Virus record (IMG/VR): IMGVR_UViG_3300035183_001064
Location: 1 to 53,321 of that record
Reading direction: 5' to 3' (one strand)
Source: a virus
Lineage: Duplodnaviria > Caudoviricetes
DNA length: 53,321 nucleotides
Both the position numbers and the translations under genes were made by a program. Shown in pieces: positions 26,682-37,431 of the stretch (position 1 is its first letter; each line of letters begins with the position of its first letter). Under the pieces are notes generated by a model. The model was not told the origin of the DNA and searched no databases. It saw only the letters and a list, made by a program, of their open reading frames with translations.

Positions 26682-27166
26682 GTCCTATGCCGCATCTTTG
26701 ATCAGGGGAAAAGGTAAAATCCACAAGGCGGGGAACCTGCCGGGCGACGTTGTCCGCGTCGCTCCAGCGAACCCCGAAAATGTCCGTCTGCCCGCACACA
26801 TCCAACAGCGCCGTTCTCCTGCTGGGTATTTTGGGCGTTTTGGTTGGACCTTCGCGCGTGGGGGGAAATCGCACGCTACTCCTGCAAGGGCCATGTACGG
26901 GTGGTGGTGCCGGAAGCGCCCGCATCAGGACTGATTTTCGGCGCCATGTCCATACCGGCAACCTTTTGCGCCCGGACGGCGAATTGTTCCAGGCAATCCA
27001 TCCACCCTATTGCTTGTGTCCGGGCTTTTTGCTATAACCGCCTGTACTGCTATCATAACTATATGATTCAATGGGGGCATAGTGGTCTTGGTTGTGGGGG
27101 GAAGCGCCCTTCAGCAAAGGGCTATCTGGAAGCTACACACCCCGCACAGGCGCAAACGGGCGGATG

Positions 27167-27433
27167 CTATTGCGCTGCCTGCGCCGACGCCAGGCAGGCA
27201 TCAAAAAAGGTTTCAAGGGCGCGATGTTCCGCGTCAATACCGGCCAGGACCGTTGGATCCTTCACCAGCGAATGCATCAGCTCATAGTGCCGTTCGTGGT
27301 CTGCCTTCAGCGCCGCGCAACCTGCCTGTTTTTGGGCTTTCACTTCCGGCGTGGCAAGCCACGCGCTTGTTGCGGAACATCCGGCCACCAGGCAAGAAAG
27401 GACTAACGCACATCGCAATACTGTCGTTCTCAT
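27167..27433 (-). CDS. Small lipoprotein (possible o-spanin-like)
   Basis: Signal peptide with lipobox LVAGC; GGAGG RBS. Confidence 0.6.
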   Translation of the reverse strand: MRTTVLRCALVLSCLVAGCSATSAWLATPEVKAQKQAGCAALKADHERHYELMHSLVKDPTVLAGIDAEHRALETFFDACLASAQAAQ

Positions 27434-27439
27434 GGGCAA

Positions 27440-27671
27440 AGTTCCTCCATCATTAACGCCATGGTCCGTGGTGTCCGGTTCTACCGTGCGGTTTGGGATG
27501 GGCACCTGAACGGTGGCCGTCGGAATGCCGCTCGTGGTCCGCCTTCCGCACCGCGCGGCCTGCGTAGTTTTGGGCTTTCGCTTCCGACTCGGCAAACCAC
27601 GGGCACGGTGCTGAACACCCGGCTATCAGGCAAGAAAGGAATAATACACACCGTAATACTACCATTCTCAT
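27440..27671 (-). pseudogene. Chimeric duplication: degenerate lipoprotein N-terminus fused to a fragment of the 27736-28083 gene
   Basis: MRMVVLRCVLFLSCLIAGCSA matches the lipoprotein; SGIPTATVQV...TDHGVN matches SGITTATVQV...TDHGVN. Confidence 0.65.
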
Positions 27672-27735
27672 GGGCAAAGTCTCTTCACCCCGTTCGCCAG
27701 GCCGATAGCAACACTCCCGGCGAATAACGAACCAG

Positions 27736-28083
27736 CTAGACCTGCTGCAATTCTAAATCGGCATTGATGGAGCCGCTGGTGTAGGCTGTTACCCGCGCTT
27801 TGATCCAGCGGGCGGGCAAGAGGTTATTCAAATTGACCATGCCGTTAGCGGTGAGCGCCGATCCGGCATTAACGCCGTGGTCCGTTGGTAGCGGTTTTGT
27901 TGGGCTGTTTGAAATGGACACCTGGACGGTAGCCGTTGTAATGCCGCTCACATGCACTGAACCTGCCGTAAACCCCCGAGCCTCAACCCACTCGCCATTG
28001 CCAGTCCCAGTGGCTGCCGAGAGTAACTGCACGGACATGTTTGTTCGGCCAAATACGTTCTGGTACGTTGGCGTTAGGGCCAC
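27736..28083 (-). CDS. Small beta-rich virion protein
   Basis: Thr/Ser/Gly-rich; C-terminal ARWIKARVTAYTSG pattern seen in phage virion proteins. Confidence 0.65.
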   Translation of the reverse strand: MALTPTYQNVFGRTNMSVQLLSAATGTGNGEWVEARGFTAGSVHVSGITTATVQVSISNSPTKPLPTDHGVNAGSALTANGMVNLNNLLPARWIKARVTAYTSGSINADLELQQV

Positions 28084-28293
28084 TTACATGTTCTCCTCTT
28101 CGTCGTCGAGGCTCATACGGGGCTTTCCAGCCTTTTCCTTGGGCAGCGTTTTGGTTTCGGAGCCGCTTTGGGACTCACCATCTTTCGCCGTGCGCCCGGA
28201 GGTGCCGGAACCCTGATAGCCGGAATCAATTGTGTAGGGCTCGGGCATGACCTTCTTGTTTCCCCCGCTCTTTTTCTCGTCCATTTTCGGCAT
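28084..28293 (-). CDS. Small hydrophilic hypothetical protein
   Basis: RBS; tight packing. Confidence 0.55.
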   Translation of the reverse strand: MPKMDEKKSGGNKKVMPEPYTIDSGYQGSGTSGRTAKDGESQSGSETKTLPKEKAGKPRMSLDDEEENM

Positions 28294-28330
28294 ATTGCTT
28301 CCATCCTTTCGTGAAGATTATAGCACCATA

Positions 28331-28801
28331 TCACTTTTTGTGCGGATGTACAACGGGATCAGACGCCTTTTTTTCCTTCTCGCGCTGGCGCGCTGCTAGG
28401 AGGGCGCGTCGTTGCGCCCCTGGGGTTTTTCGGGGCGGTCCGGGAAGGCGTTGCATCACCTCCGCGAAAAAGGGTTCGCAGGTAGGACACCGATGGTCCA
28501 TGTAGGGAACATCCGGCTGCTCCGGGCAAGAGCACCAACTGTAGGCCGGAAGATTTTGAAACCACCGCACCCGCTCCAGAACAGGCAGGCCATCCTCATC
28601 GACAGCGCCCGTATAGCGGGCAACGCACATACCGCCGGTTTTAATGACGCCATCAAGGTCTCTGTGGTGGCGACACACGTGCGTCTCCGCGCAGTGTTCA
28701 CACGCCACATCACAACAGGAGCACCAGCAGGCGCTTACGTCATGCACCGCATGGTCCCCAGAAAAACAATGGACCGTAGAACCGTCAAATACTAGAAGCA
28801 T
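28331..28801 (-). CDS. Cys/His-rich hypothetical protein
   Basis: Multiple CxxC-like pairs; RBS. Confidence 0.55.
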   Translation of the reverse strand: MLLVFDGSTVHCFSGDHAVHDVSACWCSCCDVACEHCAETHVCRHHRDLDGVIKTGGMCVARYTGAVDEDGLPVLERVRWFQNLPAYSWCSCPEQPDVPYMDHRCPTCEPFFAEVMQRLPGPPRKTPGAQRRALLAARQREKEKKASDPVVHPHKK

Positions 28802-28841
28802 AGCATCTTTCCCTTCTGTATCTTGCGCCGTGCGCCCACCG

Positions 28842-29306
28842 CTATCCTTCCCGAAGTTGCACTTTCCCGTTGCTCAGGATCCACCGGGACGCCCGTGGTC
28901 CCGGTCCCGTGTTGGGTTGGTGGGACGGTGGCGGCGCCGTGCGCTTGGCTTTGCGCCATTGGCGCATCACCATAATATCGTGGTCCAGTTCAAGCTCCTC
29001 TCCGTCCTCATCTTTCAATACGCGCTTAAACTCCCACTGTCCGTTCTGGTTCCGCCTGATCCGCAAAGATCTTGCATCCTTATGCAACTCCATCATTTCC
29101 TGGGGCGTTAGCGCCTGTTCAAGATCCAGTACAACACTGCGCTCAGGCGCGTGAGACACCACATCAACAACGTTGCCGTCCCGGTCAAGCACGTGGGTCA
29201 TGGGTGCAATTTCGTCAACTTCAGCCTGGGGATCGCCCCGCGTGAAAATCCACGCGGGTTTTCCGGTATCAAGGTCAATGAGCATGCCATGGCGAGGAAG
29301 TTTCAT
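28842..29306 (-). CDS. Hypothetical protein downstream of the tail fibre
   Basis: AGGTGG RBS; operon packing. Confidence 0.65.
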   Translation of the reverse strand: MKLPRHGMLIDLDTGKPAWIFTRGDPQAEVDEIAPMTHVLDRDGNVVDVVSHAPERSVVLDLEQALTPQEMMELHKDARSLRIRRNQNGQWEFKRVLKDEDGEELELDHDIMVMRQWRKAKRTAPPPSHQPNTGPGPRASRWILSNGKVQLREG

Positions 29307-29312
29307 TGTGTG

Positions 29313-32297
29313 CTACCACCTGTAAACGGAAATGGGGCCGGGGTCTATGGTCGTGGTCGAATTGGCATTCCAGAAGCGTGTGTACAACGTAGTGGTCGAT
29401 ATGCCCGAAACGCCGCCTAAAATCCAAATCTGTTGGGTGTTATAGCCCGCTGTAGCAATCACGGTATCAGCCACACCGTTAGTAAACGATTGTTGTTGGA
29501 TGGAGTTCGGTAAGATTGCTGGGGGGTCCACGGTATCTGCATTGATGACCTGACGCTTGGGCGAAGTGATGCCCCGGTCGTCCACTTTCGGCGTCGTAAC
29601 GTTTTTGTCTTCAAGACCCCCCGTTCTGACGGTATAGTCGGCTGCAACATTCTTCCACGCACTGACTTGCTGGAGCGGGCCGGTTTCCATCCCTTTGGCC
29701 GTATTGCGATAGGTCGCAATGCCGTAGCTCACGACAGAACCAGCCGCCAGGGACCATTCAAACGTGAGAGCGCGACTGGCGATGTCAAGCTTCATTTGGT
29801 GCTCATTGGGTGTGGCGGTGTTTGCCGCCTGGTAGTAGAGAATAAAACCATCTGCCAGTTTGTTGTCCCCGGTAAGCGCCGGTTGTGTATACGCCCAGGT
29901 CAGGCGGTGTGTACGGTTGCCCGTAGCAATGGTGGTGTTGGTAATGCCCAAAGACGTCGGGTTATTGGTCGGAACGCCCGGAACCCGTGTTGGATGCCAG
30001 CCAATCCCCTGTAATGCGATAATATCCGCGTCCTGTGTTTGAAAAGCCAGCTCCGCCCGCGCCGCCGGATCATTGGCAATTTTTCCGGCATACCGCTCCA
30101 GGCCGTTGCCCTCACCACAGTCTATTTTCCCAACAAGCACGTAGGCCGACGCAGACTGCACAACGCTGTTCAGCAGCGTGCGCGTCGCGCCCCAATAGGT
30201 CAGCGCGTCAACCAGCCCATTGAGCGAAAGGTTGGGTAGTGGATCTCTGAGGGTGTACAACAGCAGCGCAAGATTATTGAGGGCAGCGCCGGCCCGCAGG
30301 GCTGTGACAGCAGTGTTCAGCACCATCGCCAGGGATGCCGTGCCCCGCAGGCCATTTATCCAATATGCTACGTCCCCTGTTTGCAGCCAGCCCCTGGCGT
30401 ACTCCTGAAAATGCCATACAGCGGAGTTTGCCGATAGTTGATACAGCGTTAAATCGGGATATTCCGTTGTGGGCACGGCAAAGCCGCCTGCCGGGCGCAA
30501 TGTTGCGCTACTCACAATGAGTTCGTCAACGGTCAGTGTGCCCTCAAATTGCCCGCTTGACGGATCATTACTATAGCCCACCACTATGGCCAGCCCCGCA
30601 GTTGCATGCGCCGTAATGTTAGGCAACGTTCCGCCTGAAGCGGTCGCTCCCACATGCACTCCATCTACATACAGGTGCAATTCGTTATCCGATTCGATTT
30701 GGACACAGACGTGCCGCCATACACCATCCCGCACGTCAGTGGAGGATGCTGGAGTTGACCAACGAGTCCCGGCGGCGTCGCGCGCGCGTCCCTGTAGCCT
30801 GCCTGCACTTGTCAGACTCAGTACGGCGGTGTCTGCAAGGGATCCAAAGTCATCGAGACCAACAATTGCGCGCCCGGCTGTCGCGCCTGGGGCAATGTTG
30901 ATCCACAAATCCACCGCCTTGAGGTGCTGGTACCGCGTGGAAGTTGCAGCCGTGGCCAGGTATGCTGTTTGTCCTGCTGTTGCAGTAATCTGCGCACCGC
31001 GACCAAACTTGCCGTTTGCCGTCGTAATTACCGATCCACCAGACGCCTCAACGGACCCCATACGGTCCGCGTCGTCCACTGTTTGCGAAGTCTGTACGCT
31101 TTCAAAGGTGTGGGCATAGACGGCGCTCTTTGTACCAAGGTCATACAGCAGGACATTCAAGGTTTTGTAGATTACCCCCGCCGTATACGTGAATCTGGAG
31201 TCCGCTGCTGGCCAGCTTAATGGCGCACCATCTTTGGTCATGCCAAAACCAAGTGTGTTGGTGGCATGTTCGCCTGTGGAGACAATGGTAAAATTGTGCT
31301 GCTCTTTCCCCCACACAGTCCCCACATAGTTTGGGGTTCCCAAAGACACATTGTCCCAGTCGGGAGCACTGGTGGATCCGACAATGGCGCCAATTTCCGT
31401 GGCGTTGTCCGTGCGCCGATGCGCCGCCACTCCAAACGTAAGCCCCACGTTTGAGGGCAGACCCCGCAGGGTGAATGCATACGTTAGCGGTCCATCAGTT
31501 GCACGCGCAGACATTCCGAAATGGGGATCGGAGAGGGCGGGCGTTCCAGAACCCGTTTTCCACCACACGAAAAACCCGTCTGCCTTTTTCGCCCCTTGCG
31601 TGTATGACCATGTCAAGGTGAAATCGGCAGAACCGTCATCGCGGCCCACAACGGAAAAGCCCGAAGGGCTGATAGACGCTGTGGGTGCTCCCGTAGACCG
31701 GTAGTTTACCGTGCCGTCGAAACTGGTTTTTCCGTCCGCCGCATTTGCCACGACGGTGGCGGCGGGCGTACCGCCAATGCGTGCGGTGTAATCACCCGTC
31801 GCAGAAATGTCCGCCCAATCTGGCGTACTTGTGGGAGCCACGACGTTGCCCGCCACATACGACCCGGCAATGGAGCTTTTCCTTGCTGCGGCAATGGCAA
31901 ATCGATAGTTGCTGTTCGGGTTCCACCCCTGAAAGGTAAAGGCCGTGGCCGTGGCCAGCACTGCTACCGCTTTGTCGGCTGTCGTTGGGGCGCTCAACGG
32001 TGCGGAACCCTCTTTCCATAGCAGGATAAACACATCCGCCGGAAGCGCCCCCTGCGTGTAGTCCCATGTGAGCGTAACGTTGAATGACCCGTCTGCGTTG
32101 ATCGTGACGCTCAGTCCTGTGGGGACTGGCTGGTTTGTGGGCGCTAACCCCGTACTGTCCACCGCACCGTGTGCAAACAGCACGTCAAGATCGGTCACAA
32201 GGTGGATGAATTGCTGAGCCAGCCCCTGCAACGCAACGTCAGTTGCCCACGATCCGGTCGGGCTCAGTGGAATTGCCGTGCTGGTGACGCGAGGCAT
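29313..32297 (-). CDS. Tail fibre/receptor-binding protein with three FN3-like repeats and a LamG/concanavalin-like domain
   Basis: Three copies of LTWxYTQ....AD.F...W/Y; DGVWRHV...LYVDG...F.G...DE. Confidence 0.75.
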   Translation of the reverse strand: MPRVTSTAIPLSPTGSWATDVALQGLAQQFIHLVTDLDVLFAHGAVDSTGLAPTNQPVPTGLSVTINADGSFNVTLTWDYTQGALPADVFILLWKEGSAPLSAPTTADKAVAVLATATAFTFQGWNPNSNYRFAIAAARKSSIAGSYVAGNVVAPTSTPDWADISATGDYTARIGGTPAATVVANAADGKTSFDGTVNYRSTGAPTASISPSGFSVVGRDDGSADFTLTWSYTQGAKKADGFFVWWKTGSGTPALSDPHFGMSARATDGPLTYAFTLRGLPSNVGLTFGVAAHRRTDNATEIGAIVGSTSAPDWDNVSLGTPNYVGTVWGKEQHNFTIVSTGEHATNTLGFGMTKDGAPLSWPAADSRFTYTAGVIYKTLNVLLYDLGTKSAVYAHTFESVQTSQTVDDADRMGSVEASGGSVITTANGKFGRGAQITATAGQTAYLATAATSTRYQHLKAVDLWINIAPGATAGRAIVGLDDFGSLADTAVLSLTSAGRLQGRARDAAGTRWSTPASSTDVRDGVWRHVCVQIESDNELHLYVDGVHVGATASGGTLPNITAHATAGLAIVVGYSNDPSSGQFEGTLTVDELIVSSATLRPAGGFAVPTTEYPDLTLYQLSANSAVWHFQEYARGWLQTGDVAYWINGLRGTASLAMVLNTAVTALRAGAALNNLALLLYTLRDPLPNLSLNGLVDALTYWGATRTLLNSVVQSASAYVLVGKIDCGEGNGLERYAGKIANDPAARAELAFQTQDADIIALQGIGWHPTRVPGVPTNNPTSLGITNTTIATGNRTHRLTWAYTQPALTGDNKLADGFILYYQAANTATPNEHQMKLDIASRALTFEWSLAAGSVVSYGIATYRNTAKGMETGPLQQVSAWKNVAADYTVRTGGLEDKNVTTPKVDDRGITSPKRQVINADTVDPPAILPNSIQQQSFTNGVADTVIATAGYNTQQIWILGGVSGISTTTLYTRFWNANSTTTIDPGPISVYRW

Positions 32298-32298
32298 A

Positions 32299-33822
32299 TC
32301 AGGTCCACAGCCTCCAACCGTGTGCGCGTGTGGTTACACTAATGCGGTGGATTTCGCTTTCCCCAGCATTACCCGTCCATGAGAGGCGGACGGACCAGGT
32401 AGAACCTGTCGCACTCCAGTCGTTAATGAGCATGCGCGCCGTTTGGATGGCGTTGCTGCCCAGAGTTGAGCCAAGGGCAAAGGGCGTGACATTGTCAACG
32501 GCGCTGCCATCGTAGCGAATCCCCACCGTAAGGGGCACTTTCCCATAGTATTCCACTTCAATTTCGTGGACGCGCCCTTTGCGGGACGCGCCCTGGGCAA
32601 TGGGAAGAAAGGGCGTCTGGATGGTGTGCGTAATGGCCGCGCCCAGGTCGGTCGTTCCGTCATCAAACTGGACCAAAAAACCCTTATCCGCACCGTTGCG
32701 AACGCCGCCCACCAGGGATCCCGTGTCGCCTACGCCGGTGAAGGCCGTTGCCGCCGAGATTTCGGCCCCGGTATATCTCGCCCACAAGGCTCCACTGCCA
32801 TCAGGCAACCGGGTCAGTATGTAGGTATTGTCACCGTGACCAAACCAAAACTGCTGGCGTCGCGGATAGTACACGCCCCGGTGGGCGAATACGCCCTGCG
32901 ATGCAAAATCTAATGTGGGATTGCCCAGAAGCGGCGTGAAAAACTGGCGTAACGGGCCGGTAAGATCCTGTGTGAGGAGCTGGTCCGGCGTCCATAGGCG
33001 AATGCCTTCCACGGAAACGAGGATGATGCCCCACGGTGTGGATACGACGCTCAAAGGAAACTGCGACCCTACCTCAGCCACCCGCGCCTTCAGCCCCGGC
33101 GTGATCGGCGTGCCCGTGCACGTCCACACACTCCCATCACGGATGACAACAAGGCGATCCTGCAAAGAGACCACACCCCGAATGTTCCCGCCTTCGGGGT
33201 CATCAAACAAAAAGACGTTTGTGCCTTGTACCGAGCTTTCGTTGGACGGATCACTCAGGTACACAAACCTGTTTATATCCGCCTGCACCGTACTGACCAG
33301 GCGCGAAGCGTACACCGCCACATACGGCCCGTTGGTCTGTATGGGTGTTTGCGTAACTGCCGTTACAACACCGTTATATGCGTAGAGGCCGTTGGCCCCA
33401 TTTGCCATAAACGTGCGGTCTCGATCCGCCCAATTCACGAAAAACCAGTCAGCCCCCACCTGCGCATTAAACGCGCCAGTGGGCTGACTAAACGCCCCAC
33501 CCCCGACCGAATGATAGAGCACCCGCCGCGACGCCGTGGCGTTTCTCACCCATACCAGCGTGGCGTTCGATCCGGTCCGAGGGTAATGCCGCCATACGTC
33601 ACTTATTGTGAGGTCGGCCCCCCCTCCAATGATGGTGTTAAAATTGGCAATGCTGGTGCGCCCGCGCCGCGCCCGTATGCGCACGGGCCCCTGGGCATTC
33701 TCCTGAACATACTCAATGTTGTCAGCCACAAGCAGGGCTGTGGGGGGCAGGCCCAACGGCGCGCCTATCGGCGCTTGCCAGCCGTCCCGCCAGTCCGTCA
33801 AGTGCCAACGGAAGTCTGCCAT
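32299..33822 (-). CDS. Tail tubular/nozzle protein (tubular B / P22 gp10-like)
   Basis: Beta-propeller-like composition, size and synteny. Confidence 0.6.
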   Translation of the reverse strand: MADFRWHLTDWRDGWQAPIGAPLGLPPTALLVADNIEYVQENAQGPVRIRARRGRTSIANFNTIIGGGADLTISDVWRHYPRTGSNATLVWVRNATASRRVLYHSVGGGAFSQPTGAFNAQVGADWFFVNWADRDRTFMANGANGLYAYNGVVTAVTQTPIQTNGPYVAVYASRLVSTVQADINRFVYLSDPSNESSVQGTNVFLFDDPEGGNIRGVVSLQDRLVVIRDGSVWTCTGTPITPGLKARVAEVGSQFPLSVVSTPWGIILVSVEGIRLWTPDQLLTQDLTGPLRQFFTPLLGNPTLDFASQGVFAHRGVYYPRRQQFWFGHGDNTYILTRLPDGSGALWARYTGAEISAATAFTGVGDTGSLVGGVRNGADKGFLVQFDDGTTDLGAAITHTIQTPFLPIAQGASRKGRVHEIEVEYYGKVPLTVGIRYDGSAVDNVTPFALGSTLGSNAIQTARMLINDWSATGSTWSVRLSWTGNAGESEIHRISVTTRAHGWRLWT

Positions 33823-33835
33823 ACTGCCTGCTGGT

Positions 33836-34543
33836 TTACTGGTTGGGCGCTAATTGCGCTGCTTTTGCCAACATTGCGGCTACTTTCCGGGGGCTCATAA
33901 GCCGCTGTTCCGCGCGGGCCTGCATACGCGCTGCGCCGCTCTCATACAGCGCCTGCACCTGGGCCTGATCTTGAATAATACCCTCCGCCTGGTCCGCCGG
34001 AAGATACCGCGCCGCCCAATACAAGCACCCATTCACCAGCGTGTTGAGATCTTCAAAGCGCACTTCTGTTATTTCTGTAGCGCCGCTAATGCTCGTGGGA
34101 GGCGCAAGGTAAAACACCCGCGCACTGGCCGCAGCATTCGCCGCATCGACAGGGGGCCACATTTCCAACTGCGTTTCATTCGGGTAAATGCGCCACATAC
34201 GAGGCCGCCCATATGTCGTGTTGCCCAACTGGGCCGCGTCGAAGGTCTGTTTGTCCACTTGCACCAACACACCATCGGGGTACCCCCAAGCGGGCACAAG
34301 CAGGGCTTGCACGCGATATGGGTAGTGTGGAGCGGCCAACCCGGTAATGGTGCGTGTGTTGTACTGATACACACCCGCAGCACCCAACGTAAACGTTGCC
34401 TCCTTGGATAAGGCGGATATCGCGCCGCGCGACGCCAGATCAGCCAGCACAAAATCGAACATCTCCCCCACAATGGTGTTCAGTGTAGAGGAAATACTGG
34501 TCAACCGCCGACCCACCTGCTGAATAATGTCGTCTTTCGTCAC
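33836..34543 (-). CDS. Head-tail adaptor/tubular A-like protein
   Basis: GRP...LEMWP.D, Y.L motifs; similar to 35162-35899. Confidence 0.6.
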   Translation of the reverse strand: MTKDDIIQQVGRRLTSISSTLNTIVGEMFDFVLADLASRGAISALSKEATFTLGAAGVYQYNTRTITGLAAPHYPYRVQALLVPAWGYPDGVLVQVDKQTFDAAQLGNTTYGRPRMWRIYPNETQLEMWPPVDAANAAASARVFYLAPPTSISGATEITEVRFEDLNTLVNGCLYWAARYLPADQAEGIIQDQAQVQALYESGAARMQARAEQRLMSPRKVAAMLAKAAQLAPNQ

Positions 34544-34643
34544 GCGATAACCTCCTCACCGCTCAGGGCAGGCAGATCGTTCTGCGCGGATGGCCCCACG
34601 ATACGGCTGATGCGCTCGCGCTTCTGGCGGTGCTGCATGGCGG

Positions 34644-35165
34644 TCATACGGCTTCCCGTGTTGCTGCGGGCGCTCGTGGTTCCCCCAGCCCACTCACTGG
34701 TGGGGGCGCAGACGAGTGAGCCGCAGTAAGCAACTCCGTGTGTATGCGTTGCACCCGCTGAATATACACACGGGTTTCAGCCGGGATTTGTGCGGTCCAG
34801 TCCGCCTGTGTCATATTTTCCTTTTTCAAAAGCTTAAGGACGTTCCCAACGCCCCAATTATACGCGGCCAGGGCATACTCAATCGCTCCGGTGCGCTCCA
34901 ATAACCACGTCATGTAATGCGCCTGTAGCATAATTGCGTGCTCTGGATTACGCACGTCCGCGTTGGGCAGCGCCAGCCGGTTAGCCCATTCCGCCCATGT
35001 AGCGTCCGTAAACTGGGCCAGGCCCTTTGCGCCCGTCCACGATGTTGCTTGCGGGTCAAGCCCGCTTTCCACATACGCCTGCGCTTTAAGCCATTGCCAG
35101 TCGAGCGGAAACTTTCCGTTCTGAGCGTAGTACTGGAAAAGGGAATCGTATCGGGACGATATCAT
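34644..35165 (-). CDS. Lytic transglycosylase (SLT domain)
   Basis: VES, GAKGLAQF, ALAAYNWG, ETRVY. Confidence 0.9.
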   Translation of the reverse strand: MISSRYDSLFQYYAQNGKFPLDWQWLKAQAYVESGLDPQATSWTGAKGLAQFTDATWAEWANRLALPNADVRNPEHAIMLQAHYMTWLLERTGAIEYALAAYNWGVGNVLKLLKKENMTQADWTAQIPAETRVYIQRVQRIHTELLTAAHSSAPPPVSGLGEPRAPAATREAV

Positions 35166-35899
35166 CGGAGATTAAGCCTGTCTCGTGGGGCGTGCGCATC
35201 GCGCCGAGGCATCACGAAAATGCGTTTTGGCAACGCATCTATTTTGGCGCGTCGCACCAGCCGAAAAAGTTCCTTGTCCGCCTTCGTTGTGGGGTTGAGA
35301 AGCGGCTCTTCTGTGACCATCCACCGCATGGCGTTTGTCTCTTGCCCCGGCACATCTTCCAGCAGTAGCCCCGCAGCCGCCCAGATGATGTATTGCGCCG
35401 CATTTTCCGTAAACCAGTTGGTATCGGCATTCCCGGCCAGATCCGGCAAATACGCCCAATACAAAATCTTCACGCGGTAGTTCCCATCCGCCCAGTCACT
35501 GGCCCCATCGGGCGTGGGATACACTTTAAAGCTGGTCGGCAACTCCAAAATGACCTTTGGCTGTCCAACAATGCGGGTGTCCTCTTTGTACCGCCGTAAC
35601 ACATCCTGCTCAGTCCACCACGCATCAAACAGCTCTGTATGCTCGTTGCCGGTAAAATGCACCAGATACGGATTTCCCCGCACGCTCTTGAACCGCGCAG
35701 GTTTGTTGCCCAATGCGGTGTTCCCCTGCGTTGTCGTCAACTGTATACTCGCCTCCATACAGGGAAAATTGTACACCTGCTGGGCAATGTACACAGCGCG
35801 ATTCACGCAGGAACCGGCGTTCCTGGTCAAAAATGCATCATCCACCAGGTACGGACCCGCCTTCGACAGCACCGCCTCTACAAGGGCCCCGTAGGTCAT
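35162..35899 (-). CDS. Head-tail adaptor-like protein
   Basis: GQP...VYPTPD, TNW motifs. Confidence 0.6.
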   Translation of the reverse strand: MTYGALVEAVLSKAGPYLVDDAFLTRNAGSCVNRAVYIAQQVYNFPCMEASIQLTTTQGNTALGNKPARFKSVRGNPYLVHFTGNEHTELFDAWWTEQDVLRRYKEDTRIVGQPKVILELPTSFKVYPTPDGASDWADGNYRVKILYWAYLPDLAGNADTNWFTENAAQYIIWAAAGLLLEDVPGQETNAMRWMVTEEPLLNPTTKADKELFRLVRRAKIDALPKRIFVMPRRDAHAPRDRLNLR

Positions 35900-35902
35900 G
35901 CA

Positions 35903-36526
35903 CTAGTCCTCGTCAACAAGGCCATCTAAGGCACCGGCATCCTCCCCATCGACGGCATCCGCAATGTCTTCAACATCCAGCGTAAACTTCCGCGTGGCCC
36001 TGGCTTTTCCCGTGTACCGTTTGGTCTTTGCTGCGGCTTTCGGCTCATCTGGCAGTTCTAATGCCGATCCAGCCTGCATGAACCCGCCAGAATCGCCCGC
36101 ATGAAACGGCCCTACCTGACCCGAAAGACTAACGCTCGATTCGGCGGTGGGCTTCGGAGGCGACACAAGATGGGCATGCAACTGTTCCTGCCCCCGTTCA
36201 AACTCCGCGAGCTTGGCTTTCACCTCGGCCTCAATGCGGGCATTTACTTCAGCATCAATTTTTGCACGCGCCTCAAGCAGCAATTTACTGCGAAGGGCCT
36301 GTTTGCGGCTTTCACTCACATTGAATCCGGCCTCCGCCGCCAACTCCGGGCTTACCGGCTCACCATAAATGTTAAAGTATTCCCCCGGAGAATCCTTATA
36401 CTCCGCAATATACCACCCTTGCGCGTGTTTCCGCATCCGCAGCCCCCGATTCAAATCGAGGGCGTGCTCCCTACGCAGCGGTTTTTGCGCCTGAACCGAT
36501 GTCGGTATTGTCGGCATGATTACCAC
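35903..36526 (-). CDS. Hypothetical protein
   Basis: Long ORF in operon. Confidence 0.65.
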   Translation of the reverse strand: MVIMPTIPTSVQAQKPLRREHALDLNRGLRMRKHAQGWYIAEYKDSPGEYFNIYGEPVSPELAAEAGFNVSESRKQALRSKLLLEARAKIDAEVNARIEAEVKAKLAEFERGQEQLHAHLVSPPKPTAESSVSLSGQVGPFHAGDSGGFMQAGSALELPDEPKAAAKTKRYTGKARATRKFTLDVEDIADAVDGEDAGALDGLVDED

Positions 36527-36882
36527 CCCACAGCCTGGATAACAAGAGTTTGCGCGGCTGGATCCACACCATTCGCCACTTCAGTCCGCACACCACCAGC
36601 CGCGTCATTTGCAGCCACAAACGCATGCAAGGAATTATCGCTGCGTTTCCATGACCACCAATAGTTGCTTGCCCCGCTATCCAGTACCACAAGGCTTTCG
36701 ATTTGCCTGTAAAAACCAAGTTTTGAGAGGCTCAAGGGTACGCCTTCAGCCTGCGTATACGTTTCATTGCCTGCCCCAAAGGTCAACGTGGCAATAACCA
36801 CAGCTCGTTCACCCGTCGCACCCTCAAGGCGGCGTGAGTGCACGTTGTATGTGACGTTGGCGGCTGTAAAAGCCATAAGCAA
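36520..36882 (-). CDS. Putative head decoration/virion protein
   Basis: TAAGGAG RBS; position after the capsid gene. Confidence 0.55.
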   Translation of the reverse strand: MLMAFTAANVTYNVHSRRLEGATGERAVVIATLTFGAGNETYTQAEGVPLSLSKLGFYRQIESLVVLDSGASNYWWSWKRSDNSLHAFVAANDAAGGVRTEVANGVDPAAQTLVIQAVGW

Positions 36883-36894
36883 TACTCCTTACCA

Positions 36895-36931
36895 ACAAAA
36901 AATGGGGTGGTAACGATACGCCACCACCCCA
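36895..36931 (-). terminator. Rho-independent terminator candidate
   Basis: TGGGGTGGT...ACCACCCCA stem followed by a T-tract on the - strand. Confidence 0.55.
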
Positions 36932-36967
36932 CAACAATAACACATTTACACCAAGGATGCGAGTAAC

Positions 36968-37408
36968 TTACGCATTATCGGCAACCAGCACGACATTGGC
37001 GTTTCCGGCAGCATCTTTTGCCGCCGTATTGAGGCCCCAACATTGCAACTCCAAAATGACCTGACCCGTAAGTGCGGAGCCTGCCGCCGTTGTGACCGCC
37101 ACCTGAATACGATCCCCCGCGTTCAATATATCGCTCTTGTTGGGCATAAGCGCAGGGTTCAGGTAGATCACGTCGTTGGCTTGGTGCGTTGTTTTTCCCT
37201 GAATGGTGCCGTATCGTGCGGTATCAACCGCTAGGCCATTGAGCTTCCGATGGCATTGCAATCGCAGGCTTGCCGTGGATGTGGCGTCCGGGGTATACCC
37301 CCACCGCACAATCCGCGTAGGCCCCGTGCAAACATGATCGATAAGCACCCCCGTAGCATTGAGGTTTGATGCCGGAGTGCTAAACCGAGTGCGTAAAAAG
37401 TTATACAT
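36968..37408 (-). CDS. Putative capsid-associated protein
   Basis: GGGGGAG RBS before MYNFLR; directly after the capsid gene. Confidence 0.65.
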   Translation of the reverse strand: MYNFLRTRFSTPASNLNATGVLIDHVCTGPTRIVRWGYTPDATSTASLRLQCHRKLNGLAVDTARYGTIQGKTTHQANDVIYLNPALMPNKSDILNAGDRIQVAVTTAAGSALTGQVILELQCWGLNTAAKDAAGNANVVLVADNA

Positions 37409-37431
37409 ACGTTTCTCCCCCTCGCCGTTTC

